The position numbers were made by a program, and so were the translations under genes. This document shows positions 37,218-47,466 of a stretch of 64,000 bases of DNA, piece after piece. Where the stretch lies: IMG/VR virus record IMGVR_UViG_3300045988_176686. One strand, written 5' to 3'. The DNA comes from a virus. Below the pieces are notes generated by a model. The model saw nothing but the letters and a program-made list of their open reading frames with translations, did no database searches and had not been told where the DNA came from. Each line of letters begins with the position of its first letter. Position 1 is the first letter of the stretch.

Positions 37218-37820
37218 CGTGAACATTTTTACCCTCAAAAGTCCAAAAATGGTTTTGACCTAATTCTTAATTTTCCTTTCATTGTTCAAAACGGCTTTCA
37301 AAAGAACATTCACAGACCCCCATTTGACTACTATTTGACTAAACCAAAAGAGGCTTTTTCTTCTTGATTTCTAAATACTTACCTTTATAAAGTTCAAAAA
37401 AATTATTATTTTCTTGGAATACACGAGCGTAAAGACAACAAAAAGATAAAAGAATATATATAAATCCACACCAAAATAATACCGTTTGGCAAATGTTTGC
37501 TTTATACCGCTACCCATTTTTGCATTGAATATCAAGTGTTTACAACATAGCCGTGAATGCTACTCACTTATAGTTTGGGGTTAGGGGATTTTGTTTTTGG
37601 AGAAAAAAGAAAATGGTTGGAATTTTATATATATAGTAGCGGAATTGGGTGGATTTTTGAACTTTTGGGAGTTGAGTTGGTAAAAAAGTTTATGAATATC
37701 AATGAATTAGATGAAAAGTCCATTTTGAACTTTTGGTTGGGCGGAGTGGTCAAGCAAGAAAAAGACCGCCACGTAATCATAACGGAGCGGTCCTTACTTT
37801 TTACTAAATGATTGGGACTA

Positions 37821-37858
37821 TTAAAATGTGAAGTGAGTTGTTGTTTGTGTGCTTCACA
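37821..37858 (-). terminator. weak terminator-like hairpin after the tape measure gene
   Basis: Stem TGTGAAG/CTTCACA with an 18-nt loop. TTTTAAT follows on the minus strand. Confidence 0.35.
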
Positions 37859-37889
37859 ATTCCTGTAATGCCTTTAGGTATGCTTGGCT

Positions 37890-40800
37890 TTATGATTTAC
37901 CTTTCATGAATTGATTGGCTTTCGACATGCTATCGTAGAGATTACCTCTACCGTACATATCTATCTTAGCATGGATAGGTTGGTCAAGACGCTGCATAAG
38001 CGTGTTTATAGCGGTTATGAGCGCGGTATTCGCTGCGCGACTATCAGCTATCAACCCGTCAGTTGCTGACGCACCTGACGAAAGATTACCTAATGCTTCG
38101 GCAAGGTTGCCTTCGTCGAATGCACGACGGGCCGCGTTGCGTCCCGAATAGTTTGCATCGTAATTGACGAGCGCCTTTAACAAAGATGGATTGTTCATCA
38201 TCATCGCCTTAGTGGTTTCGCGACCAATCACTAACTCAGGACCATTCTCGGCAACCAGGGCACGCTGTCCGTTTATGGTGGTTGCAGTGGGCGTGGTGAG
38301 AAGGTTGACACCACTCTTCGGCTTATATTGTTCCTTTGCCCAATAGATTTCACCATTGTCGCCCACAAAAGGCTTCATGTCTTGCACATTACCACTGTCG
38401 TAGGTAAGCATACCCGAAACAAGTTTTGTGTTTTTACTGGAAGAGTTATTACTCTTGTTCTTGCCTCCACCAAAAGCTGCATTTAAACCCCACTGCATTA
38501 ACCCTGTAAGGAGAGCCATCACTGCGGCAGCGGCAATAGGACCCGCAATAGGACCAAGGAACTCAAAACACTTACCAACTGCACCGACAATAGAGAAAGT
38601 ATTTTCAGCTTGTGCCGTATTCTTACTTTGCTCTACCACTTGCTGATCATTGTTTTTCTTTAGTTGAAAGTTGGTATTCAATGCTGTATCAACAATCGCA
38701 TTGGTAGTATTTTGCTTTAGCTCTTCCGTTTTAACCTGTGCCTTGCTTTCTTCCTCAGTAGACTTGGTAATTTCCTTGTTGCCTTTTTTATTTATCGTCT
38801 CACGTTCTTTGACGCCTTGCTTGGTTTCTTTCGTGAGTTCCTTTTGGTGTTTCTTGGCTTCTCTCTGTTGTTTCCGTTGTTCACGTTTCTCGCGTCGTGA
38901 TTGCTTACTGCCAAAGTCGGTATTCATGATAGCACCTATGACACTGCCAGCCATGCCCGCAGCAGCCTCGCCAAAAGAATATTGTCCTGTGGCTACACTC
39001 GCCGCGGCTTCACCAGTTTGCGATGCCACGTTTGTGGTGGTAGGCAAAACTGCTGTGGTGGGAGATGCTGGTGCGTTACCCGTTTTTCCAGACGGGCTAT
39101 GCTCGGTTGACACAGGCTTTACATTCTTATGATCTTCGCTTTCAGCATAAGGAACTCCCGTCGGATTGCCATTCTTATCCTCCAAGCCCAAATTACCAAG
39201 AGGCATTACATCAATGATTGCATGAATAGGATTCGCCGCTGTCCCCAAGTCTGACGGAATATTCAGTTCTCCATTCGATGCAGCCTTTGCCGAAGCCATG
39301 CGTGCTGCCTTTATGTCAGGCTTCGCTTTATCATTTGCATTCTTTACCCCCGCATTATTAATGGCTTGCCACATCTGTTTGTTTACATCATCCAGAGCCA
39401 TTTTACTCCACGATTCAAGCATCGATTTGAGCGCACTCTTAATAGCCTCATTTGCGCTTTTTGCATCGTCTTTCATTGTTGCCAATGCTTGACCTACTGC
39501 TGCACCAAAATCCTCAATAGGCTGCACAAAACTCTTCATTTGCGAGAGGCGTTCCTTCATTGAAGCCGCCACTTGATTCACGTAAGCAAGTTCAGCTTCG
39601 TAACGAGCACGCTCGGCTTCTTCTCGAAGTTTTTGATTATTCGTGTTTTGTTTTACAAAGGCGTAATAATCTTCTGCGGCTTGCATACGCGCTTTCATTA
39701 AGGCAATTTCGGGGTCGTTCTTAATATCCGTCAATCCTAAGTTAGACCCGAAAGTAGATTGCTTGCCGTACATTTTCTGTTGCATTTCAATCAACTTAAT
39801 ACAGTCTTGCACTTCCTTGTTACGTGCCTTCTTGCTCCAATCGAAATCTATAATCTTCTTTGCTTTGTCGTATTGTTGCTTTTCGGCTTCCGTATAACTC
39901 TCTGTGTACTTAATCAATTCGTAATAAAGAGCCTTTAGCTTTTGTACATTTAAAGCAGAAAAATCAAAACCTTCATTTGCTACCGAAAGATACTCTAAAA
40001 AATCTGACTTAAACGTATCACTCGCAGGATTAAGTTTGTAAAGTTCGGTTACAGAGGCTCTTGCCTTTGTTGTTAGAGCGTCAAACGACTCACTCATTTG
40101 TTGTAATCCCGATGAAGAATCCGCACGCAAGCCTTTGGCAGGTTGTAAAAATCCAAGCTTATCAAAGTTACTACGTGTGTCACGATTTACTGCTCCGGTA
40201 TAGTCATTCTCATTCAGTATCTTCTGAATTTCGCGTTGCTGTGCAAGTAATTTTTCGGCAGCTTCACGCAATTCTTTTGAACCATTTGCAAATATTTGGT
40301 CGAGCAATGCTCCCAAATTTTCAGAAAGCGTTTGATGATTTTCCTTTGACAAATCGCCCGACAATTTCTCAAATAAGTCATGCAGCTCTTTAATATTCGA
40401 ACCTTTCATGGCTTCTATTAAATCCTTAGAAGTCTCATCGGTCTTCACCATCATGTCCTTTATAGGCATTTCTTGTAGGAATTTCTCCCACTCATCACTA
40501 TTCTTCGCAATAGACTGTTTGGCTTTACCCAGGGCAGTACTCATTCGAGTGTCGATATAGTCAAGCATCTGTTGCTGCTGACCATCGCTCACCTTCTCAC
40601 CATCTGCATTCATGGTTGTTACCCATTCCAAGTACTTACGCTTTTGTTCTTCGTAGAATGCCTTAATATTCGAGACAAGTGCATTTGCGCGAGCTTTGGC
40701 TGATTGCTCTTGTTCCCTCAGCTTATCATCCTTTTTATTATGTTTCTTCTTATGATCAGGAACTAACGTCTCATCACCATCACTAAGCGAATTTACGTAA

Positions 40801-43307
40801 TCAGTAATTTCACCTTGCACTGGAGCATATTTATTGATAATTTGTCTATCAGTATGACGAGCCGAACGTGCTTGCATGATATAACGCAGCGCATAAAAGA
40901 GTCGTTGGTCTTCAGGAGCCATTTTCTGTTTTGCTTCTGTAGTATATCCGCCCGCCATACTGTTATTATATATGGCGGTACGAGTTGTAGCTTCCTTATC
41001 TCCTCTCTTTATTGAAGCTAAAACGGCAGCTGCGTGTTTAGAGCCAAATCGTTTTGCAAGGGTACCAATAATATAGCTCATACTTTTAGAGCTATTATCC
41101 TCCTCAAAACCCTTCAAAACGCTTGTACCAAAACCAGCTGGAGCGACTTTTTCATATTCACCCAATCTATCAAGAGCCCATCCCGCACGAGGTTTAAGAT
41201 ATTTATTACGATCCTCTTGCATAGATTCCAAGTAAATTTTTGCTTGAATAGCCCTTGATGCTTGTCTATAAGATTCAGCCAAATCCAGTACAGCACCATT
41301 TTCCTTCTTCAGGTTTTTAAAGTATTGTCCGAATTTGTCATTATAGATCTTCATTGCAGCACTATATTCTTTCGACCCTTTCTTGGCATTCCGAATGGCA
41401 TTATAATAAGCATCCAGTTCACCTTGCGCTTGGTTTGCGTTTTTCTTAACACCTTCAAGCGAACTATTGAACCTATCCACTGATTCTGTAGCATCATCTG
41501 TCTTTTTAACAAGGCTATAAACCCACACGCCAAGTTCAGCCACAAGCGAAATTGCAAGACCAATTACATTTGCCTTCATAGCCAAACTTAGTTCTCTCCA
41601 CTGAATCTTCAAAAGGCGAACCGCGGCAGCATTGCCAGTAACAGCCAGTGTAAGTAAATAGAAAAAACCAACTATGCCGCTACCAGATACACCTACCATT
41701 AAAGGTATTAACTTTGAAAAAGCCCACACCAGACCCCTCGTACCCAGATAAAGCACAAGTCCTGGGAGTATAGTAAGAAGAGCTTCAAAAGAGGTTTTTA
41801 TTTCCCAAAGAAGGATTTTTACAGACCCCATAAAAGGCATCGATTGCGTAAGCGTTTTAGAAAAATCGTACCAAGCCTTTGCAATTTCCTTCACCACGTC
41901 TATGCCGTCAGGATTTACAAAAGCCTTACTCCACATATTATTTGCACGTTCAAGCAATGCTTGTGCGGTTTCTTGCTGAATGGCGTATTCCTTTTGTACA
42001 GCAGTGGCATCCTCATAAGCTTCGCTCGATTCTTGCAAATGCGATTTCAGCACATCTACATTCTGTGCCATAGTCACAACCACCTGTTTCAGTCGCTGAC
42101 CATCCGAACCAAACTCCTTGAAATACGCATCCATAGAGTTTAAGTTTTTGTTGCTCACATGTTCGAGTACTGTTACAAGAGCCTGCATGGTCTGCCCCTT
42201 CTCCATCATGCCCTTCAACGAATCCTCTTGCATGCCCAGCATCTTCTCAATGTCATGGTAATTCGTCCACAAACTGCTTATCAATTTACCAAAAGCAGTA
42301 CTTGCCACTTCAGGCATCAACATCAAAGAGTCACTGGCAGAAGCAAGACCAAGGAGCTGGTCGCTCGTGATATGCGACACCTTAGAAAGACCTGTCAAGC
42401 GTTTTGCAAATTCAAGGATGTTGTTACCATTCGCAGTAGAAGTTGAAGCCAATTTGAAGATAGAACTTGATACAGCATCGAAGGCACTACTAATGTTACC
42501 GCCATGCTTCTCTACCTCGCCCATTGTTTCAACAAACTTAGACAAGGTAAGCATAGCATCGTCACCCAAATCCTCCTTCAAAGCTACATTCACGCGGTCG
42601 CTCGCTTGGGCAAATTCAGCCAAACCTTCAGCTCCATATTTACCCATACCCATACGAGAACCCACATACGCCAACTGTGTCAGCCCTTCGAGAGAAGTTC
42701 GGCTATCCACCTTTGCCAACATACGCGACAAGTCGTTCACAGAGTCCATTGATAGGTTACTCACCTTGCGCACATTCGCCAAAGAATCGGAATATTGAAA
42801 ATTCAATTTCAGTACATCAGTTAATTTCGACTTTATCATATTAAACGCACCAAACAACCCCACATAAGCCGTAAGGTTTTTCATAGCGGTACTCCATGCG
42901 CCGCCTTGCTTGTGAACCGAGCCTGAGAGTTTGTCTATTTGGGCTTGAAGGGTTTTTACGTCCTGTTGCTTCTTCTTTAAGTTCGGATCATCTTGAAAGG
43001 TGGTGCCAAGAACCTTTTTCGCAGATGCAAGGGCTGTGCGCAATTTACGAAGCGAAGTGGTGGAAAGATTATCAATAGCATGTTTCACACGCTCTTCGTC
43101 CGTGATATTTTGCGAAATTGCCGAATTATAAGAAACCAGTTCTTTCTTCAGTTTGTTAAACTCTCGCCTTCCTTTTGCGGTCGTCACGTCGAGCGCAGCC
43201 ATTTTTTGTTTAATGGCATCGGTGCGCTGTGCTAACTCGTCCATAACCTTTTTGGCTACGGCAGCATTGGCAGTAATGACAATTTGAGTTTTCTTTGATG
43301 TTGCCAT
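37890..43307 (-). CDS. tape measure protein
   Basis: 1805-aa ORF with long coiled-coil segments, central hydrophobic helices, and a C-terminal ENGPELVIG-type motif common in TMPs. Confidence 0.75.
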   Translation of the reverse strand: MATSKKTQIVITANAAVAKKVMDELAQRTDAIKQKMAALDVTTAKGRREFNKLKKELVSYNSAISQNITDEERVKHAIDNLSTTSLRKLRTALASAKKVLGTTFQDDPNLKKKQQDVKTLQAQIDKLSGSVHKQGGAWSTAMKNLTAYVGLFGAFNMIKSKLTDVLKLNFQYSDSLANVRKVSNLSMDSVNDLSRMLAKVDSRTSLEGLTQLAYVGSRMGMGKYGAEGLAEFAQASDRVNVALKEDLGDDAMLTLSKFVETMGEVEKHGGNISSAFDAVSSSIFKLASTSTANGNNILEFAKRLTGLSKVSHITSDQLLGLASASDSLMLMPEVASTAFGKLISSLWTNYHDIEKMLGMQEDSLKGMMEKGQTMQALVTVLEHVSNKNLNSMDAYFKEFGSDGQRLKQVVVTMAQNVDVLKSHLQESSEAYEDATAVQKEYAIQQETAQALLERANNMWSKAFVNPDGIDVVKEIAKAWYDFSKTLTQSMPFMGSVKILLWEIKTSFEALLTILPGLVLYLGTRGLVWAFSKLIPLMVGVSGSGIVGFFYLLTLAVTGNAAAVRLLKIQWRELSLAMKANVIGLAISLVAELGVWVYSLVKKTDDATESVDRFNSSLEGVKKNANQAQGELDAYYNAIRNAKKGSKEYSAAMKIYNDKFGQYFKNLKKENGAVLDLAESYRQASRAIQAKIYLESMQEDRNKYLKPRAGWALDRLGEYEKVAPAGFGTSVLKGFEEDNSSKSMSYIIGTLAKRFGSKHAAAVLASIKRGDKEATTRTAIYNNSMAGGYTTEAKQKMAPEDQRLFYALRYIMQARSARHTDRQIINKYAPVQGEITDYVNSLSDGDETLVPDHKKKHNKKDDKLREQEQSAKARANALVSNIKAFYEEQKRKYLEWVTTMNADGEKVSDGQQQQMLDYIDTRMSTALGKAKQSIAKNSDEWEKFLQEMPIKDMMVKTDETSKDLIEAMKGSNIKELHDLFEKLSGDLSKENHQTLSENLGALLDQIFANGSKELREAAEKLLAQQREIQKILNENDYTGAVNRDTRSNFDKLGFLQPAKGLRADSSSGLQQMSESFDALTTKARASVTELYKLNPASDTFKSDFLEYLSVANEGFDFSALNVQKLKALYYELIKYTESYTEAEKQQYDKAKKIIDFDWSKKARNKEVQDCIKLIEMQQKMYGKQSTFGSNLGLTDIKNDPEIALMKARMQAAEDYYAFVKQNTNNQKLREEAERARYEAELAYVNQVAASMKERLSQMKSFVQPIEDFGAAVGQALATMKDDAKSANEAIKSALKSMLESWSKMALDDVNKQMWQAINNAGVKNANDKAKPDIKAARMASAKAASNGELNIPSDLGTAANPIHAIIDVMPLGNLGLEDKNGNPTGVPYAESEDHKNVKPVSTEHSPSGKTGNAPASPTTAVLPTTTNVASQTGEAAASVATGQYSFGEAAAGMAGSVIGAIMNTDFGSKQSRREKREQRKQQREAKKHQKELTKETKQGVKERETINKKGNKEITKSTEEESKAQVKTEELKQNTTNAIVDTALNTNFQLKKNNDQQVVEQSKNTAQAENTFSIVGAVGKCFEFLGPIAGPIAAAAVMALLTGLMQWGLNAAFGGGKNKSNNSSSKNTKLVSGMLTYDSGNVQDMKPFVGDNGEIYWAKEQYKPKSGVNLLTTPTATTINGQRALVAENGPELVIGRETTKAMMMNNPSLLKALVNYDANYSGRNAARRAFDEGNLAEALGNLSSGASATDGLIADSRAANTALITAINTLMQRLDQPIHAKIDMYGRGNLYDSMSKANQFMKGKS

Positions 43308-43326
43308 ATTTGTTTAGTTTTTATGC

Positions 43327-43854
43327 TTAAAAAAGTTTGATAGGACTCGCCTCTTCAAAGGTGTTAATCATACGAACGGCACCCTCCATTCCGTAAAAGT
43401 CTGAAAGATATTTACCTATGCGGTCTGTAAGGTGGCGCAACTCCATCATGATAGCGGGACGTTGCGACTTACCCGCCTTACGATCCCATTTCGAGATGTA
43501 GCGAGTTCGGTAGTTAGCCTTCCTTGAATTATCCACATCCTCATACTTCGTTCCCATACCCACACCCATTTCGGCAAATCGCATGTAGTCGTTAAATGTA
43601 AAAGCCATGGTCACTTTTCCAGCTTGTCCTGCTTCAATAATCTTTCCGGCAAACGAATGTGCGCCCTCTCCAGTAGAGTGCCACATGCCCATTTCCTTGC
43701 GCTTTTGGTTCACCACTGCATAGCCATTATACACCTCTTTGGGGTAAATACATTGCGTCATGGTATTCACCTCTAACTGCGTAATGGTTTGTTGAAAGTA
43801 GCGAGCTGCCACTCGCGGAAATGGAAATATCGGATTTGTAATAGGCTTTCCCAT
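43327..43854 (-). CDS. hypothetical protein upstream of TMP
   Basis: 175-aa ORF. Position is compatible with a tail assembly chaperone, but no slippery site was seen. Confidence 0.45.
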   Translation of the reverse strand: MGKPITNPIFPFPRVAARYFQQTITQLEVNTMTQCIYPKEVYNGYAVVNQKRKEMGMWHSTGEGAHSFAGKIIEAGQAGKVTMAFTFNDYMRFAEMGVGMGTKYEDVDNSRKANYRTRYISKWDRKAGKSQRPAIMMELRHLTDRIGKYLSDFYGMEGAVRMINTFEEASPIKLF

Positions 43855-43860
43855 ACGGCT

Positions 43861-44442
43861 TTATTTATTATCGGGTTGCATGATGTACTTATCGTTTCCA
43901 CCGCAGCCAAATTTATAAAGCGGTTGCAGGCTTTTCCAATCTACACCTGCCACAAGCCATTGCCCAGCATAAAGGTCGCCAATCAGTCCACACGATATGG
44001 TGCTCACATCAATGCTTTGCAATTCGGCTTGAATTACGGGATCGTCAGCAAACGAGCGTCCTGTGACGGGACATTTGCCTGTGCGCTTCACTTGCACTAT
44101 CCACGCCACAAGGTCTTTGCAGTATTCCATCAAGTCCTCAGCGGCTTGTTCAATTTTGTGTCCGTCGTATCTGCCCAAAGTTTGTGGTGTGTCCTTCACC
44201 TTAGCTAAGAACCACACTTGATGCGACACCTCCATTTTGTTAGCGTCGCGAAATTCACCCGTGTTGATTACGCTTTGTAGCATACAAGGCGAATGCACCA
44301 CATTGGCGTTGCGACTAAAAATGTTTTCGAGGTCGATGTAGCGAATCCTAAAAAACGCTTGTTCCTCCAGTTTGCCTTCGGGTTTATGTGAGAGGGGTTT
44401 GTAAATGGTTGCCCAATGTTCAAGAATGTTGCTGATGGTCAT
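43861..44442 (-). CDS. hypothetical protein
   Basis: 193-aa ORF. Its start overlaps the holin stop. Confidence 0.5.
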   Translation of the reverse strand: MTISNILEHWATIYKPLSHKPEGKLEEQAFFRIRYIDLENIFSRNANVVHSPCMLQSVINTGEFRDANKMEVSHQVWFLAKVKDTPQTLGRYDGHKIEQAAEDLMEYCKDLVAWIVQVKRTGKCPVTGRSFADDPVIQAELQSIDVSTISCGLIGDLYAGQWLVAGVDWKSLQPLYKFGCGGNDKYIMQPDNK

Positions 44443-45044
44443 TATTTATCCTCCTGTGGTTTAGGGTTGGTTTCTGTTTCGGTTTCTGTTTCGGGGTCGG
44501 GGTTCGGGGTGTTTTCGGTAGATGCGTCTGCGTCGCTTTTTTCCATGTTCTCTACATCTGCCATAAGTTCTTTAAGTTTGATATTGAAGTGGCGTTCGGT
44601 TTTGTCTGCCACAATCTTCTGCACCACCCTTGCCCATGCTGCACCATTGCAAGTACTTTCGTTTTCGAGAATGCTCACGAATTGCACCGAACAGTAAATT
44701 ACGGCTAAATAGTTAGCAAGGTGCAACTCGCCCATGTGCGCCAAAAGGTCGTTGTCGATAATCACGGCTAAGAAAATAGCCATGATAAGCACGGAAAAGT
44801 CTTGCACCATTTTAGCCATTTTCTTAGAGCGAAGTTTACCGTCCATTTTGCACTTAGGGTTGCGCTTTATAGCTTCTCGGTAACGCGAATAGATGCGACG
44901 GTTGCACCGCCACGCGGTGTAACAATCCAGAACGAGCGCGAAGAAACACACCGAGATGTAGTTTAACGACGGCTCAATGTAGCACCAAAGAATACCGATG
45001 AGTCCGGCTACGATGCGTGTGATGATTGGGGCTGCTGCTTGCAT
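44442..45044 (-). CDS. putative holin (Phage_holin_4_1-like)
   Basis: Multiple TM segments, VLDCYTAW and VSILENES motifs typical of that holin family, and an acidic C-terminal tail. Confidence 0.55.
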   Translation of the reverse strand: MQAAAPIITRIVAGLIGILWCYIEPSLNYISVCFFALVLDCYTAWRCNRRIYSRYREAIKRNPKCKMDGKLRSKKMAKMVQDFSVLIMAIFLAVIIDNDLLAHMGELHLANYLAVIYCSVQFVSILENESTCNGAAWARVVQKIVADKTERHFNIKLKELMADVENMEKSDADASTENTPNPDPETETETETNPKPQEDK

Positions 45045-45139
45045 AGTTGTTTGTGTTTAGTTGTTTGTGTTGTTTAGTTAGTTGTATGTAAGTCTTATTT
45101 TGAGTATGACTTTTTACTGTTCACTATTGTTTTTATGTT

Positions 45140-45175
45140 CAAAGGTAAGCTTAGCTTTTTGCAGAATAAGGACAT
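45140..45175 (-). promoter_or_regulatory. TGTCC-class promoter (ATGTCCTTAT-N18-TACCTTTG) for the holin-TMP operon
   Basis: Minus strand reads ATGTCCTTATTCTGCAAAAAGCTAAGCTTACCTTTG. Confidence 0.5.
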
Positions 45176-45223
45176 TGTTGGGAATGGGAATGAGAGAGAC
45201 AAGCAAACGTTCAAATGTCAGCA

Positions 45224-45259
45224 TTGTCCGTAGGGATTAAAAATCAATATTTACCTTTG
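45224..45259 (+). promoter_or_regulatory. TGTCC-class promoter (TTGTCCGTAG-N18-TACCTTTG) for the plus-strand packaging/methylase operon
   Basis: Plus strand reads TTGTCCGTAGGGATTAAAAATCAATATTTACCTTTG. The ATG at 45291 lies about 30 nt downstream. Confidence 0.5.
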
Positions 45260-45290
45260 CATCAAACAAAAGAATAACACCCAAACCATT

Positions 45291-46130
45291 ATGAGCCAAA
45301 TTACCAAGGGCACACTTGCCCGAATTGACAAATGGTTGTCGTGTGGCACGAGCATTGAAATGGCTTTTCCAAAGTTGGAGCAGCGTTACCGCATGCAGGT
45401 GTGTGGCGAGTTCTACAAGCGTTGGCAACAGAACAACGACATTGACCCTCGCACCACCTGTCGCAACATTGCCCGACGCGATTATGAGCTATTCTTCAAT
45501 CAAGCGGCACAAGGCAACCAAGATGCGCAAGCTATGGTGCTTGCCTTGCACATTACGATCGACGATGAAGGCAACATACGTCCGCGCACCGTGACGGAGA
45601 TTAACAACGACGTTACGGTGTGCAACCATCTCATTCGTTTTTTTATGACAGACGAAAGTCCGCGCCACAAGGCGATGTATCTGAGCAGTGCCGAATGGCT
45701 GATACGCACAGGCAAACAGCAAAACAACGATCGTGCAGTAGATAAGGGTATGCAAGCCTTAGCGAATGTGTATGGCAACTTCCAGGAAGAGAAGGACGCT
45801 ACCGACGAGATGCCCGACATGAGCCGCATTTCTATCACGCAGGATGTGAGCATTGTGAAGCGCGACCGCGTGAACTACACTGATGAGTACAAAGCGAAGA
45901 TGGCACGCAAGTATGGACTTACGGCTAAGGATATGCAAGACATTGAAGAGGATGCTTTGCTTGCCACGAAGCCCGAACGCGAGAACGAGGAAGAGCCAGA
46001 CTACTTTGCGTATATGGAGGAACAAACCGAACAAGAAGATGCGCAGCACCCTCACTCCGCTGCTGCCGAGGCAGAAATGCCCATGCCTAACACCAATACC
46101 GGCCATGAAGCGAAACAGCAAGGGGAATAA
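45291..46130 (+). CDS. hypothetical protein (possible small terminase subunit, by position only)
   Basis: 279-aa ORF and first gene of the operon that ends with the large terminase. Acidic C-terminus. Confidence 0.5.
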   Translation: MSQITKGTLARIDKWLSCGTSIEMAFPKLEQRYRMQVCGEFYKRWQQNNDIDPRTTCRNIARRDYELFFNQAAQGNQDAQAMVLALHITIDDEGNIRPRTVTEINNDVTVCNHLIRFFMTDESPRHKAMYLSSAEWLIRTGKQQNNDRAVDKGMQALANVYGNFQEEKDATDEMPDMSRISITQDVSIVKRDRVNYTDEYKAKMARKYGLTAKDMQDIEEDALLATKPERENEEEPDYFAYMEEQTEQEDAQHPHSAAAEAEMPMPNTNTGHEAKQQGE

Positions 46131-46344
46131 CCATTATCACAACAAGCGCCCGCCTTTTCGTCCCGACCCCGAACATTGGACGCGCAAGAGTTCGCACGGA
46201 TGGAAGGCTAAGGTGAGTTACAACACCGAGGACGATGCCTACGAATGGTTGAACCAACAACCGCGCCTTCTAAACGAAGGTTACAAGGCTTACTTATGCA
46301 AAGTGTGCAATAAGTGGCACATTGGGCATAAGCGTGAGGAATAA
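46105..46344 (+). CDS. small zinc-ribbon-like protein
   Basis: 79-aa version (ATG at 46105) of the track ORF 45883-46344. Ends YLCKVCNKWHIGHK. Confidence 0.4.
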   Translation: MKRNSKGNNHYHNKRPPFRPDPEHWTRKSSHGWKAKVSYNTEDDAYEWLNQQPRLLNEGYKAYLCKVCNKWHIGHKREE

Positions 46345-46402
46345 GTTTTGGGGAATACAATACTAACTACACACTAACCCACACAAACAAAAAGAAACGA
46401 AT

Positions 46403-47439
46403 ATGAAATACGGATTACCGTACAAAGGGAGTAAGAACAAACTGGCTGAGCGCATTGTGCGCCTATTGCCCCGACGCACCAACCTTGTAGACTTGTTTTG
46501 CGGGGGTTGCGCTATTAGCCATGCCGCCTTGCTTATGGGTAAGTTTGAGCACATTTACATTAACGACATCAACTGGATGTGCCCCACCCTATTTATGGAT
46601 GCCTTGCAGGGCAAATATGCCAACGACACGCGGTGGATTAGCCGTGAGGATTTTTTCCGACTACGCGACACCGACCCTTACGTGGCTATGGTGTGGTCGT
46701 TTGGCAACAATATGCGCGACTACCTTTATTCCAAAGAAATTGAACCGCTGAAAAAAGCCATTCACTATGCGCTGTTCTTTTCAGATTATTCGCTGGCAAA
46801 AGCACTGGGGCACGACCTTTCGTTTGTTGACGCCATTAAGGATGTGCAACAACGTTATCGTTCCGTAAGACAGTATTTCAGTCAGTTGGGCACTTCCAAC
46901 AACAATCTTTTGAGGGGGGGGGAATATCCGCGCGATTGGAAACGATGGAGCGACAGCAAACACGCTCCGTCTTTCAAAAAAAAAAAATCCAAAAACGACC
47001 TTGGGAGGCAGAACACAGAGATCGCACAAACAGCCTTACACATATTGCAATACCAAGAGCGGTCACACAACCTGCCCAGAAATACATGTGTGGAAAAAAG
47101 TTACCCATCACGCCATCTGTGCTTAGCTACGAGCAAGTGGTTATACCGCCAGATAGCGTAATCTATTGCGACATTCCTTATGAAAGCACAAACAAATACA
47201 ACAAAGCAGAAAATTTCGACTACGAACGTTTTTACACATGGACAGAAAGTCAGACTCCGCCCGTGTTCATCTCCTCCTACCAAATGCCCACCGACCGATT
47301 CGACTGCATTGCAGAATATTCGCACCGTTCTACGCTTAACGACAAAAAGAATAATGCCGTAACCGAGCGCATCTTTGTGCCAAAGCACCAAACTGAGCGT
47401 GGCAACATTTGCCAACAACTCACATTTCCATTGTTTTAA
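46403..47439 (+). CDS. Dam-like (D12 class) N6-adenine DNA methyltransferase, frame broken at G9/A12 tracts
   Basis: N-terminal ORF has LPYKGSKNKLA and DLFCGGCA (motif I). The C-terminal ORF (frame -1) has VIYCDIPY (motif IV). One added nt in G9 (46914-22) or A12 (46976-87) fuses them. Confidence 0.7.
46914..46922. repeat. G9 homopolymer inside the Dam-like gene
   Basis: Read directly. Confidence 0.9.
46976..46987. repeat. A12 homopolymer inside the Dam-like gene
   Basis: Read directly. Confidence 0.9.
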
Positions 47440-47466
47440 CACGAACAAACAACCACACAAACAAAT

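Noticed and set aside
37557-37811. 84-aa plus-strand ORF in the LysR-TMP gap
   Set aside because: It has no promoter box or leader like the other genes, a repetitive G/L/F-rich translation of an AT-rich repeat region, and it ends in a hairpin.
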